A DNA stretch of 64,000 bases from Nitrospirota bacterium (GTDB lineage: Bacteria > Nitrospirota > JACRHJ01). The position numbers and the translations under genes are program-made. This document shows, piece after piece, positions 31,979 to 46,431 of this stretch (positions within the stretch are counted from its first letter, which is position 1; each line of letters opens with the position of its first letter). The notes under the pieces were generated by a model. It was not told where the DNA came from. It saw nothing but the letters and a program-made list of their open reading frames with translations, and ran no database searches. The stretch lies in assembly GCA_963733375.1 (NCBI GenBank), contig CAVTDB010000026.1:433119-497118 (forward strand), in the 5' to 3' direction.

Positions 31979-32364
31979 TCACTTTATTTTTATATAAACC
32001 TTCCTGCTGCGCGGCCCGTCGAACTCGCATAAAAATATTCCCTGCCAGGTCCCCAGGACCAGCTTGCCGTCCTCTATGAAGACAGTCTCCGAACAGCCGA
32101 AGAGGCTGGATTTTATATGTCCGTCGGAGTTCCCTTCAGAGTGCCGGTAATCCCCGCTCTCCGGCACGACACTGGACATGTGCGTCTCGATATCCCGCAC
32201 CACGTCCGGGTCCGCGTTCTCGTTTATCGTGACGGCCGCGGTGGTGTGCGGCACGAAAACGTAGCATATCCCGTCCTTGACGCCGCTCTCGGCCGCGGCA
32301 CGGCGCACCTCGTCCGTTATGTTTACCATCTCGACGCGGCTCTTGGTGCGCAGCGTTATCTGCT

Positions 32365-32368
<4 letters not shown>
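31979..32368 (-). CDS. yjbQ: YjbQ/UPF0047 family protein
   Basis: [36 protein letters not shown]. Confidence 0.92.
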
Positions 32369-34121
<1,753 letters not shown>

Positions 34122-34122
<1 letters not shown>

Positions 34123-35456
34123 TATTTATTGAATGTTTCGAGGAACGAGGTGCTGTATATCCCGGAGCGGAAGACCGGGTCCAGGAACACCCGCCTGTGG
34201 AGAGGGATGGTAGTCTTTATCCCTTCGATTATAAATTCCTCGAGCGCCCGCGTCATCCTCGCCATCGCTTCTTCCCTGTCAATCCCGTGGACGATAAGTT
34301 TCGCGATCATGGAGTCGTAGTTGGGCGGGACGGTATAATTGGAATAAACTGCGGTGTCCACGCGGACGCCGGGGCCGCCAGGCGCGTTGTAGGTGGTTAT
34401 GGTGCCCGGGCAGGGAGTGAACTTCTGCGGGTCTTCCGCGTTTATCCTGCACTCGAAGCTGTGGCCGTCGATTTTTATATCGTCCTGCTTGTATTTCAGC
34501 GTCAGGCCCGCGGCCGCTTTTATCTGCTCTTTTATCAGGTCGATCCCCGTCACCATCTCCGTGACCGGATGCTCCACCTGTATGCGCGTGTTCATCTCCA
34601 TGAAAAAGAATTTATCGCCTGAGACGATGAACTCCACCGTGCCCGCATTTCTGTATTTCACCGCCTTCGCCGCGGCAATGGCCACCTCGCCCATTTTCTT
34701 GCGCATTTTGGGCGTTATGGCCGGGGAAGGCGATTCTTCAATCAACTTCTGATGCCGCCTCTGAACCGAGCAGTCCCTCTCGCCAAGGTGTATTATGTTG
34801 CCCTTTTCATCCGCAAGTATCTGCACCTCGACATGCCGGGGCTCCGTTATGAACTTCTCTATGTACACCTCCGGATTGCCGAATGAGGACATCGCCTCGG
34901 CCTGCGCCGTCAGGAAAGAGTTTATCAGGCTTCCGGCGGAATGCACCACGCGCATGCCGCGCCCCCCGCCTCCCGCGGACGCCTTGATTATAACCGGATA
35001 ACCGATTCTCGTGGCCAGGGTAAGGATTTCGTCCTCGCTGCTGACAGTCCCCTTGCTCCCAGGGATCACCGGGACGCCAGCCTTCACCATCGTCTCCTTC
35101 GCCTTGGCCTTGTCCCCCATCAGCCGGATATTCTCCGGAGTAGGGCCTATGAACTTTATCCCGGCGGTCTCGCACATCTCCGCGAAATTCGCGCTCTCCG
35201 CCAGAAAACCATAACCTGGGTGGATGGCTTCCGAGTCCGTTATCTCCGCCGCGGAAAGGATGGCCGGGATGTTTCGGTAACTTGCCGCCGAATCGGCCGG
35301 TCCGATGCAGATGGACTCGTCCGCGAAGCGGACGTGAAGGGACTCCGCATCTATCGTGGAGTGTACCGAGACCGTCTTGATCCCGAGCTCTTTGCAGGCG
35401 CGGATTATACGAAGGGCAATCTCGCCCCGGTTGGCAATCAGTATCTTTTTGAACAA
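34122..35456 (-). CDS. accC: Biotin carboxylase
   Basis: [38 protein letters not shown]. Confidence 0.97.
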
Positions 35457-35480
35457 ACTTTACCTCGAGTTAAGGCGGGT

Positions 35481-35939
35481 TCAGACAGGCTCGATATGGA
35501 AAAGCGGTTCCCCGTACTCCACCGGCTGGGCGTTATCCACGAGTGCGGCCACGATCTTTCCGCTCACTTCGGCCTCTATTTCGTTCATCAGCTTCATGGC
35601 TTCGATGATGCAGAGTATCTGCCCCTTCTTGACCACGTCGCCCACCTCCACGTAAACCGCCGCGTCCGGAGTGGGCGCGCGGTAGAACGTGCCGACTATC
35701 GGCGAATTCACCACGAACAGATTTTTCTGCACGTCACCCGACGGCTCGGCCGGGGGCGCGGCTACTTGCGCCGGGGGCTCTCCCGCAGGCGCCTCCCCGG
35801 CCCGCGGAGCAAGAACCCGCTCACGGCCCGCCGCGCCTTTTTTAATCTTAATCCTCGTGCCCGCTTTTTCCAGCTCTATCTCGGTCACGTCCGAGTCTTT
35901 CAGGACGTCGATAAGCTCTTTTATCTCTTTCAGGTTCAT
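35481..35939 (-). CDS. accB: Biotin carboxyl carrier protein
   Basis: SPIVGTFY, IEAMKLMNEI. Confidence 0.97.
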   Translation of the reverse strand: MNLKEIKELIDVLKDSDVTEIELEKAGTRIKIKKGAAGRERVLAPRAGEAPAGEPPAQVAAPPAEPSGDVQKNLFVVNSPIVGTFYRAPTPDAAVYVEVGDVVKKGQILCIIEAMKLMNEIEAEVSGKIVAALVDNAQPVEYGEPLFHIEPV

Positions 35940-35965
35940 GATTTATCCGCTCCTGTCAGGGCAGA

Positions 35966-36526
35966 CTACTTTACCCTCTCCAGATATTCACCGGTCCTGG
36001 TATCGACCTTTATGACCTCGCCTTCCTCAAGATAAAGCGGGACCTTTACTATCGCGCCCGTCTCTAAGGTTGCGGGTTTCGTCCCGCCGGAGGCGGTGTC
36101 CCCTTTCACGCCGGGATCGGTCTTTACCACTTTCAGTTCCACGAACATGGGCACTTCCACGTTTATGGGATCTCCGTTATGGTACAGGACCTGCGCCAGC
36201 ATGTTTTCCTTAAGCCATCTCGCGCCGTCGCCTATCTGTTTTCCGGTCATCGAGAACTGCTCGTAGCTCTCCGAGTCCATGAAGAAATATTCTTCCCCGG
36301 TGTTGTAAAGGTACTGCATCGACCTCTCTTCCAGGTTCGGCGTCTCCACCTTTTCGCCGGAGCGGTACGTGCGGTCGATTACGTTACCTGATCTTAAGCT
36401 TTTCAGTTTCGTCCTGACGAACGCGCCGCCCTTGCCGGGCTTTACGTGCTGGAACTCGATTATAACAAACGGCTCGCCGTCTATCTCTATCTTGGCGCCG
36501 TTACGGAACTCTGCGGTCGAAATCAC
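35966..36526 (-). CDS. efp: Elongation factor P
   Basis: KPGKGGAFVR, PGVKGDTA. Confidence 0.98.
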   Translation of the reverse strand: MISTAEFRNGAKIEIDGEPFVIIEFQHVKPGKGGAFVRTKLKSLRSGNVIDRTYRSGEKVETPNLEERSMQYLYNTGEEYFFMDSESYEQFSMTGKQIGDGARWLKENMLAQVLYHNGDPINVEVPMFVELKVVKTDPGVKGDTASGGTKPATLETGAIVKVPLYLEEGEVIKVDTRTGEYLERVK

Positions 36527-36531
36527 TAAAT

Positions 36532-37624
36532 TTACCTCCTGTTACGTTGAAAGTCCATGTCCTTGGGAAGCGACGTCAGAACCTCGCAGCCTTCCGCCGT
36601 CACGAGGACCATATCCTCTATCCTGAAACCGCCCCACCCGGGTATGTATATCCCCGGCTCTATCGTTATGACCATTCCCGCCTGGAGCACGTCTTCGCTC
36701 AAATACGACACGGACGGGGACTCGTGCACCTCCAGGCCTACTCCATGCCCAAGCCCGTGGCCGAAATATTCGCCGTAGCCCTTGGCTGCGATGTGGCCCC
36801 TGGCCGCCTCATCGACCTCCTTGCAGGATACCCCCGCGCGGACCTTATCCATGGCGCGCTTCTGGGCCTCCAGGACTATATCATATATCTCGGACTGTTT
36901 CCTGTCCGGCTCGCCTACCACGCCGCTCCTCGTTATGTCCGACTGGTAGCCGTGGGCCTCGCCGCCGAAGTCTATTATCAGCGTCTCCCCGTCCTTCATC
37001 TCTTTGCCGGAGGCTAACCCATGCGGCAGGGCGGCCGCGCTCCCCGGATGCGACTATTATGTCAAAAGGCACCTTCTTGGCCCCCAGTTTCCGGATGTTG
37101 AACTCCAGCCCAAGCGCGGTCTCGTTCTCCACCATGCCGGGGGCAATCCGTGAGATGTTCTCCCGGAACCCTTCCTCGGCGCGCCTGACGGCCTCGGAAA
37201 TTTTATCTATCTCATCCTCGTCTTTTATCGCCCGGAGCTTTTCCACCGCGTCCTTTACAGGCAGAAGCTCCATCCCGCCAAGTTCATTTTGGAGTGCGCC
37301 GTGGAAATCGAACGCTACGTTTCGTGACTCAAAACCAACCTTTTTCGCGCCCAGCTCTTTTAAGATTTTTCCAAGCTCTTCCGACAGCCGGCCCTTCTGG
37401 ATCCGTACCTCGTAACCTTCCACCTCATCCCGGCTCTGGGTCGTGTACCTGGAGTCGGTTATGAAAAAAGCTTTTTTCGGGGTAACTACCGCATAGCCCG
37501 ACGAGCCGGTGAAACCTGTTAAATACGAGACGTTCGTTAAGTTTGTGACTAAAAAAGCGTCCGCGCCTTCGGAGACAAAACGCCTCCTTAAGCCCTCCAG
37601 CCTCTTTTCTCTTTTATCAGCCAT
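36532..37624 (-). CDS. Xaa-Pro aminopeptidase (M24), frameshift near 37035
   Basis: [37 protein letters not shown]. Confidence 0.93.
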
Positions 37625-38072
37625 TTGCGTTTTTACCTGTTTTCAGGATGCTGAGCGCGGCGCGGATGCCCAGCATGTAGCTGTTTATCCCGAAACCCGA
37701 TATCACGCCCACCGCGACTTCCGATATATAAGATTTATGCCTGAAATCTTCCCGTTTGTAAATATTGGAAATATGGACTTCCACCGTAGGGATGCCGACT
37801 GCGGCTATGGCGTCCCTTATAGCGATACTCGTGTGGGTGTATGCCCCGGGGTTTATGATTATGGCCTCGAAATTTCCATCGGCCTTCTGGATAATATCGA
37901 CTATTTCGCCCTCATGGTTTGACTGGGCTATCCCTAACTCCACGCCCGCTTTTAAAGCGGCTTTCCTGAGCATGCTGTTCAGTTCATCAAAAGTTACGCG
38001 CCCGTAAGTATCCGGCTCTCTCTTGCCGAGCAGGTTCAGGTTGGGGCCGTGGATCACGATGATTTTTTTCAT
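37617..38072 (-). CDS. aroQ: Type II 3-dehydroquinate dehydratase
   Basis: [25 protein letters not shown]. Confidence 0.97.
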   Translation of the reverse strand: MKKIIVIHGPNLNLLGKREPDTYGRVTFDELNSMLRKAALKAGVELGIAQSNHEGEIVDIIQKADGNFEAIIINPGAYTHTSIAIRDAIAAVGIPTVEVHISNIYKREDFRHKSYISEVAVGVISGFGINSYMLGIRAALSILKTGKNANG

Positions 38073-38086
38073 GGAACCGGTCTCCG

Positions 38087-38443
38087 TTAGAATTCTTTTA
38101 TCAGTTTGTCCGCGGCAATCCTAAGCAGAAACCGGCCCTTGCCCAGGTTTGATTCCGGAGAGAGCAGGAGGGCTATGAAATAGTCGTCATTAATCTTTCG
38201 CATGACAAGCCACGCCCTTTCGGCGGCTATGGAAATTTCTTCCGTCCCGCCTATCTGAAGGGAGCGCGACGCGGCCTGGGCGCCTTTCAGGAGGTTCCCG
38301 TATTCCGCCCCCACGGACTGCAGGTCCACCCCCGTCTCGGCGGCAAGCTCTTCCACTATGATTCCGTCCATCCCGACGACTGCGGCGCCCTTAGACCCCG
38401 GTATACCTTCCGTCAGCTCTTTGAGGACTTCCGAAAAGCTCAT
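38087..38443 (-). CDS. Roadblock/LC7 domain protein (MglC-like)
   Basis: [12 protein letters not shown]...[10 protein letters not shown]; upstream of aroQ-pepP-efp-accB-accC. Confidence 0.85.
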   Translation of the reverse strand: MSFSEVLKELTEGIPGSKGAAVVGMDGIIVEELAAETGVDLQSVGAEYGNLLKGAQAASRSLQIGGTEEISIAAERAWLVMRKINDDYFIALLLSPESNLGKGRFLLRIAADKLIKEF

Positions 38444-39941
38444 TTTCCGGCCTTTCTCCTGATTGTTTCAAGGAATCCTTCCAGCCTCTTCACTGCTTCC
38501 AGGTTTTTCGATCTGACCTGGGGCCTCGGCGGTTCCCCGCTCTCATCCGTCCTCTTCCCCAGGCTCGCCGTAAAACTCCCAGGAGTCCATGGCGTCAGCT
38601 TCCGGGGATTCATCCTCCCAGGGGGGCAGGATTTCGCCCGCCAGATCGGCATCCAGAACCTCTTCGGCCTCTTCCTGTTGACCCCTCTTCCCGATATTCG
38701 CCAGGAGGTAGAGGTCTTCGAGCTTCTGCTTGAGACTCATGTCCGCAGGGGACAAGACGATGAGATTTTTATAGATGTTTATGGCCCTGTCGTAGAACCC
38801 CTGGGCGACATATAACTCCGCCAGGGTCTCCGTCTCGAACACTTCCTTCCGCCCGGTCTCCGGCGGCGGCGCCTGTTCCTTCGGGGCCTGATACACAAAC
38901 CCGTCAAGCTCAAAAGAGCTTAGGTCGTCGGTTATCTCGTATACCCCAGCCGGATTTTCATGGCTCTCGTCTTCGGCGGGCCCCTCTTTATATGCTGAAA
39001 ATATATCCTCAACGTCTGTCTGGGTGGCGTCTATCGAATATGCCTGTACCTGCCCCTCCACTTCATCTTCCATTACGATTTCTGGAATTGCTTCGGCTTC
39101 TATATCTTCCGGCTCCGGCAGAGCGTCATTTCCGGCAGAGCGTCTATTTCCGGTTGAGCGTCCATTTCCGGTTGAGCATCCATTTCCGGTAGAGCGTCCA
39201 TCTCCGGTAGAATGTCCATCTCCGGCAAATCATACAGCTCCGGCATCGCTTCAACTTCCGAAAATACATCGGGCGCCGTATGGAGGTCTTCAATCTCCAC
39301 TGACGGGAATTCCGGCTCAGGCTCCGGAAGCTCGATAAGCCGCCGCGAACTGGTCCTCCGGGAGCGGGATTTCCATTTCGGGCTCCGGCTCTTCCTCCGT
39401 CTGACTTATTTCGGAAATATCGAATATCGTACTTTCCCGCGGCTCAGGTTCAGCATCTTCAGCCTGCGCGACAGTCGGTTCCTCTTCGTCCGGTTCCTCT
39501 AAACTGGCGGCCCGCGGCGATTCCGCTTCCTTCAGCAGGGCCTTTGCCTCCTCGTCCTTGGGGTTCAGGAGCGTAATTATCCTGAAATGAGCTTACAGCC
39601 TCCGCCATCATCCCCATGCCCAGATATATCTCGCCCAGTTTCCTGTGCGCGAGCAGGTTGTCCGGGATTGCCTTTACCACCGCCTCGAACTGCTCTTTGG
39701 CCTTCCCGGTGTCCCCATTCTGCAGGTACGCCTTGCCAAGGAGCACTTTCGCGCTCATGTAGTAGGGGTTGGCGTTCAGGCCGTTCTCCAGCGTGGAAAT
39801 AGCCTCCCCGGCCATCCCCGCCTTGAGGTACTCCTCGGCAAGAGGCATGAAGAGCTTGGACCCGGGGTCTTTTGCTAACTGGGCTCTGAGGCGCGCTATC
39901 TCCGGAGAAGCGCCCCCTTCACCGTCAAAGGGAGTGGCCAT
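38440..39941 (-). CDS. TPR protein with long acidic linker (several frameshifts)
   Basis: N-terminal TPRs (DPGSKLFMPLAEEY), acidic repeats, TETLAELYVAQG motif, C-terminal RLEGFLETI. Confidence 0.8.
39113..39255. repeat. 18-bp tandem repeat (about 8 units) encoding (M/I)DA(L/Q)PE hexapeptides
   Basis: Units such as ttccggttgagcgtccat, ttccggtagagcgtccat, ctccggtagaatgtccat. Confidence 0.9.
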
Positions 39942-39976
39942 AAGTGCAAATCCTCAATAAATTCCAAAACTTCCCT

Positions 39977-40004
39977 ATTTTAGCAGAGGCGGATTCAATG
40001 TCAA
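39977..40004 (-). promoter_or_regulatory. Sigma70 promoter for the TPR-roadblock-aroQ operon
   Basis: TTGACA-N16-TAAAAT with an extended -10 TG. Confidence 0.65.
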
Positions 40005-40078
40005 GAAAAAGTTTTTCCTTGATAAAAGCCAACTTGAGTGGTAAATTCCTATAATTGAACGTTTTTTCTGAGGTCATC

Positions 40079-41447
40079 ATGCGCGAAACTATCCTTTTAG
40101 TCGATGACGAACAAAATACCCGCGAGGCGCTTTCTATTGCGCTCGGACGGGAGGGTTATAATATAATCCCGGCTTCCAACGGCGGAGAGGGCATGAAGCT
40201 CCTCGAAAAAGAGCCGGTAGATTTAATAATTACCGACTTGATGATGCCGGGCGTATCCGGGATGGACCTCCTGGATTTCGCCAGGAAGCACCGTCCGGAA
40301 GTCATGGTCATTATGATGACCGGCTACGCCTCGGTGGAGACTGCCATCACCGCCATGAAAAATGGGGCCTTCGATTACATTACGAAACCGATCAAGCTTG
40401 ACGAGGTGAAGATAATCATCCATCAGGCTGCGGACAAGCGTAACCTGCTGCTGGAGAACATCTCCTTAAAAAAGGAGCTGAAGGGAAAATACACCTTCGA
40501 TAACATAATCGGGACCAGCAGGCCGATGCAGGAAATATTTTCCAGTAATGGAGAGGGTGGTTAATTCCGACAGTACCGTCCTCATCACCGGCGACTCCGG
40601 CACCGGGAAAGAGCTCGTCGCCAAGGCCCTCCACTATAACGGGCCGCGGAAAGAGAACCCGTTTGTCGCGATCAACTGCGCCGCCATCCCGAGCGAGCTT
40701 CTGGAATCGGAGCTTTTCGGCCATGTCAAGGGCTCCTTCACCGGCGCCGTCGCCAACAAGCCGGGTAAGTTCGAGCAGGCCAACACCGGGACGATGTTCC
40801 TGGATGAGATAGGTTCGATGACGATGGCCCTTCAGGGCAAGCTCCTCCGTGTACTCCAGGAAAAGGAGATCGAGCGGGTCGGAGGGGCGAAACCGATGAA
40901 GATCGACGTCCGTATAATTTCAGCTACGAATACCGACCTCGAAAAGGCGGTGAAGAAGGGCCTGTTCCGGGACGACCTTTTCTACCGGCTGAACGTCATA
41001 CCCATCCACCTGCCTTCCCTTAAGGACCGGGCGGAGGATATCCCGATGCTGGCCGCTCACTTCATAGGGAAGTACAACGAAAAACTGAAGAAAGGGATAA
41101 AGGGGCTGGCAAGCGGCGTGATGGATTATCTCGTGGCGTACGAATGGCCCGGGAATATCCGGGAACTGGAGAACGTAATCGAACGGGCGGTCACGCTTAC
41201 AGATGGAGAATATATCCAGGAAAGCGCTCTGCCGCAGTCCATATTGGGAGTTGCCGGGCAAGAGTTTTACAGCGTGCCCCAGATACCGGACAGGGGGACA
41301 GACCTTGAAAAAGAGCTGGAAGGTTTTGAGGCCGCGATGATACGGATGGCCCTAAAAAAAACCGGCGGCATAAAAACAAAGGCCGCCGAGCTATTGAATT
41401 TGAAGCGCACCACACTGATAGAGAAGATGCGCCGTCTTAACCTCTGA
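40079..41447 (+). CDS. NtrC-family sigma-54-dependent response regulator (frameshift near 40543)
   Basis: REC domain (VDDE, TDLMMP, KP), GDSGTGKE, GSFTGA, WPGNIRELEN, Fis HTH. Confidence 0.95.
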
Positions 41448-41450
41448 CCT

Positions 41451-41552
41451 TCAGAAAAGAATGCCTGCCCACGCCCTCTGAAGGCTGACCAGAAGGTAAA
41501 GAAATACCGCGCACGCAACGTAGTGCTTGCCGCATCCGATGTCAGTTCCCAT
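41451..41552 (-). CDS. Putative 33-aa hydrophobic small protein (not in the ORF track)
   Basis: GGAGGA 5 nt before the ATG; upstream TTGCTT-N17-TATTAT; MGTDIGCGKHYVACAVFLYLLVSLQRAWAGILF. Confidence 0.5.
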   Translation of the reverse strand: MGTDIGCGKHYVACAVFLYLLVSLQRAWAGILF

Positions 41553-41660
41553 ACCCGTCCTCCATCTATAACTCATCAACTTTGATAATAATATAGCATA
41601 CAAATATTAAAAGCAAATTAATAGCGAGTTAAATGACTTTAAGGAAAGAATCGTTTAAAT

Positions 41661-41691
41661 AAAAAAGGCGTCTTGCGACGCCTTTTTTTTT
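41661..41691. terminator. Bidirectional intrinsic terminator after ahcY
   Basis: AAAAAAGGCGTC-TTGC-GACGCCTTTTTTTTT. Confidence 0.9.
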
Positions 41692-41714
41692 AGTTTAGTT
41701 CATGTCGCGGCTTT

Positions 41715-42971
<1,257 letters not shown>

Positions 42972-42972
<1 letters not shown>

Positions 42973-44123
42973 TATATGCCTGCCTCCTTCTTAAGGGATT
43001 TTGCCACGTCCGTCTTCTCCCAGGTGAAACCGGGCTCATTCCTCCCGAAATGCCCGTACGCCGCGGTCTGCTTGTATATGGGCTTCCGAAGGTCGAGCGA
43101 CTTTATTATCCCGTTGGGGGTCATGTCGAAATGGTCCCTTACAAGCTGGACGATTTTCTCCTGCGGGATCTTCCCGGTTTTGTAGGTATCGACAAGGATG
43201 GATACCGGCTCGGCTACGCCGATGGCGTATGCCAGCTGTACCTCGCAGCGCTCGCATATACCGGCGGCGACAAGGTTCTTCGCCACGTAGCGCGCCATGT
43301 ACGATGCGGAGCGGTCGACTTTGGACGGGTCCTTGCCGGAGAAAGCGCCGCCGCCATGGCTTCCGACTCCGCCGTAGCTGTCCACGATTATCTTCCGCCC
43401 GGTGAGCCCGGTGTCGCCCTGCGGACCGCCGATGACGAACCTGCCCGTCGGATTGATATGATAAATGATATCTTCCTGGTCAAGAAGTTCCTTCGGGATC
43501 ACGGGTTTTATTACCCTCTCCACGATGTCCTCGCGGAGCTCTTTCAGGGTTATATCCGGGCTGTGCTGGGTGGATATGACCACCGTCCTCACCTTGTACG
43601 GTTTCCTGTCCCTGTACTCCACCGTTACCTGCGATTTACCGTCCGGCCGCAGGTAGGTAAGCACGTCGTTTTTACGCACCTCGGCGAGCTTCCTGGTAAG
43701 CTTGTGGGCAAGCATTATCGGAAGCGGCATCAGTTCCGCAGTCTCGTCGCACGCAAAGCCGAACATCAGCCCCTGGTCTCCCGCGCCGCCTGTGTCAACG
43801 CCCATCGCAATGTCCGGGGACTGCCTGTCTATGGAGCTGAGTATGGCGCAGGTCTCGTAGTCGAAGCCATATTTTGCGCGGGTGTACCCGATGTCTTTTA
43901 TGGTGTTCCTGACTATTTCGGGTATATGGACATAGGTACTCGTCGTTATCTCGCCGGCGATCATGGCCATGCCGGTGGTGACCAACGTCTCGCAGGCCAC
44001 CCTCGCTTTGGGATCGTCCTTTATTATCGCGTCAAGGATAGCGTCGGAAATCTGGTCGGCTATTTTGTCAGGGTGGCCCTCGGTGACGGACTCCGAGGTG
44101 AAGAGGTAATTTATTCTGCTCAT
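42972..44123 (-). CDS. metK: S-adenosylmethionine synthetase
   Basis: [26 protein letters not shown]. Confidence 0.98.
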
Positions 44124-44144
44124 CTTTTGAAATCTCCCTTTCGC

Positions 44145-45353
44145 TTAAATTACTTTCAGCAGCGGCAGGCCGGCGGCGCAGTCCAGAAGCATGCCGGCGG
44201 CCTCATCTTTTGAGACGAGCCCCGTATCCATGGCAAGCCCGTTTTTATCGTATATATAAAGCCTGTTCTCCAGGCTCCCGAAGCCGGTGTCTTTTCCGAC
44301 AAGGTTAGCCGCGACGAGATCAGCGTTCTTTTCTTTAAGTTTCTTCTGCGCGTTCGGGCCGACGTCATCGGTCTCCGCGGCAAAACCGATTACCACCTGC
44401 CCCTTTTTCTTCATCTTTCCAAGGGCGCTTAATATATCAGGAGTCCGCAGCAGTTTCAAAGAAAAATTTTCCCGGCCACCTTTTTTTATTTTGGCCGGGG
44501 AATATTCCGACGGAGCGAAATCGGATACCGCGGCGGCCATGACGGCTATATCCGCTCCCTTGAAGGCGCCGAGCGCCGCCTTCTCCATCTCCTTAGCCGA
44601 GCGGACCGGTATCGCTTTGACTCCCGAAGGCGGCGTGAGCGCGGTAGGTCCGTAAATCAAAGTTACTTCGGCTCCCCGGGCCAGAGCCTCTTTCGCGACC
44701 GCGAAGCCCATCCTGCCGGTGGAGCGGTTCCCGATGAACCTTACAGGGTCCAGGTCCTCATATGTCGGACCGGCGGTTACCAGGATTTTTCTGCCGGAGA
44801 GCGTCTTCTCCCTGAATAACGAAAGCGCCGCATGCAGGATGTCGGCGGTCTCGCTCATCCTGCCCCAGCCGAACTCGTTGCACGCCATCGGGCCCTTGTC
44901 CGGCCCGGCAAACAGGACGCCCCTGTCTTTCAAGGTTTTCAGGTTATCCTGGAGCGCGGGACTGTCAAACATCCGGCAGTTCATCGCGGGGGCGAAAAGC
45001 ACCGGGCATTTTGCGGCCATGAGCATCGTGGACAGCAGGTCGTCGGCAATCCCGTTTGCGGCTTTTCCGATAATATTCGCGGTGGCGGGTGCGACGATGA
45101 ACGCGTCCGCCCTGGCGGTTAAATCGATATGGGGCATGGGGCCCCGGGACTCGAAAAGGTCCGTCCCCACTTCTCTGCCGGAAAGCGCGGAAAATGTAAG
45201 CGGCGAGATGAACTTGCAGGCGGCCTCCGTCATCACGACGCTCACGGACGCGCCCTTCTCACGGAGACCCCGGACGAGCTCGCAGGACTTATAAGCCGCG
45301 ATGCCGCCGGTAACCCCTAAAATTATCTCCTTACCATCCAGCGGCTGACCCAT
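44145..45353 (-). CDS. coaBC: Phosphopantothenoylcysteine decarboxylase/ligase
   Basis: GGIAAYK, PAMN, TAGPT.E.LDPVRFIGNRSTG, GFAAET. Confidence 0.96.
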   Translation of the reverse strand: MGQPLDGKEIILGVTGGIAAYKSCELVRGLREKGASVSVVMTEAACKFISPLTFSALSGREVGTDLFESRGPMPHIDLTARADAFIVAPATANIIGKAANGIADDLLSTMLMAAKCPVLFAPAMNCRMFDSPALQDNLKTLKDRGVLFAGPDKGPMACNEFGWGRMSETADILHAALSLFREKTLSGRKILVTAGPTYEDLDPVRFIGNRSTGRMGFAVAKEALARGAEVTLIYGPTALTPPSGVKAIPVRSAKEMEKAALGAFKGADIAVMAAAVSDFAPSEYSPAKIKKGGRENFSLKLLRTPDILSALGKMKKKGQVVIGFAAETDDVGPNAQKKLKEKNADLVAANLVGKDTGFGSLENRLYIYDKNGLAMDTGLVSKDEAAGMLLDCAAGLPLLKVI

Positions 45354-45359
45354 CGGCGG

Positions 45360-45788
45360 TTATTCCTCGGAGCCTTCTTCCTGGGACTCTTCCTCATCTT
45401 CGGGAATGATATCTTCTTCAATCTCGGCGCTTTCGGGCGCCGCTTCGGACAGGACCGCCGTCTCCGCCTTGTACGCCTCTTTTATCTCTTCTATCTTCTC
45501 TAACGATGCGGCGGCGGCCTCTTCCATGCTATCTTTGGCGATCCTCTCGCGCCTCATCCGATATTCGTACTCCCTGGCCCGCTTGGCATCCTCGCCGGTC
45601 AGGTACTTGAGCTTCCCTTCTATAGCCTCTTCCAAAGCAAGACTGATGTTCTTCACATACTTTTTCTTGACCAGTGCAGGAGAGCCTTCCGTGAGCTGTC
45701 TCCCCCTCTGGGCGACGACAAGCACCAGCCGAAACCGGCTGTCGAAAAGTTCGTTACCATACTCTATCGGCAGTTTTATAATGTCCAA
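45360..45788 (-). CDS. rpoZ: RNA polymerase omega subunit with acidic C-terminal extension
   Basis: DSRFRLVLVVAQRGRQL...ALEE; between gmk and coaBC; TTG start with GGAGG. Confidence 0.88.
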   Translation of the reverse strand: MDIIKLPIEYGNELFDSRFRLVLVVAQRGRQLTEGSPALVKKKYVKNISLALEEAIEGKLKYLTGEDAKRAREYEYRMRRERIAKDSMEEAAAASLEKIEEIKEAYKAETAVLSEAAPESAEIEEDIIPEDEEESQEEGSEE

Positions 45789-45814
45789 TTCATTTCCTCC
45801 CGTTATCGCCTGCT

Positions 45815-46431
45815 TCAGGCAAGCCCGAATTTTTTTCTCGTGGCGGCGGCATCCACATTCGCCAGCCTGCATCTCTCCGCCAGGATTACCGATCTCAGGG
45901 CCTCCAACGCCTTCCCCAGGTTATCGTTAATAATTATGTAGTCGTACCGGTCGAAGCTGTCCAGCTCCTCCACCGCCCTTTTTAGCCTTCTGGCTATCTC
46001 CGCCTCGTCGTCCGAGTCCCTTCCCCGGAGCCGTCTTTCCAGCTCTTCCATGGACGGCGGCAGTATAAAGATGAAAACACCCTGCGATGCCGGACTGTCT
46101 TATCTGCATCGCGCCCTGGGTGTCTATGTCCAGGATTACGTCTTTCCCCTGGCCGAATATCCGGTGCCAGCTCCTTCTTCGATGTCCCATAGAGATGGCC
46201 GTGCACGGTGGCGTATTCCACGAAACCGCCCTCTTCGGCTAGCTTCTTAAATTCCGTTTCGGATACAAAATAATAATGCTCGCCCTCTTTTTCGGTGGGT
46301 CGGGCCGACCTCGTCGTATGCGAAATCGCATGAGATATATCCGGAAGATACCCGGCAAGCTCCTTGCAGAGAGTAGTCTTGCCAGCGCCGGACGGCGCCG
46401 ACACTATAAACAGCAGTCCTTTGCTACTCAA
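45815..46431 (-). CDS. gmk: Guanylate kinase (two frameshifts)
   Basis: SAPSGAGKTT, SHTTR, YGTS, LDIDTQG, YDYIIIND. Confidence 0.95.

Noticed and set aside
39113-39255. Regular repeat considered as a CRISPR array
   Set aside because: Units are contiguous 18-mers with no spacers and are protein-coding.
44123-44145. SAM riboswitch upstream of metK
   Set aside because: Only ~20 nt separate coaBC and metK, leaving no room for one.
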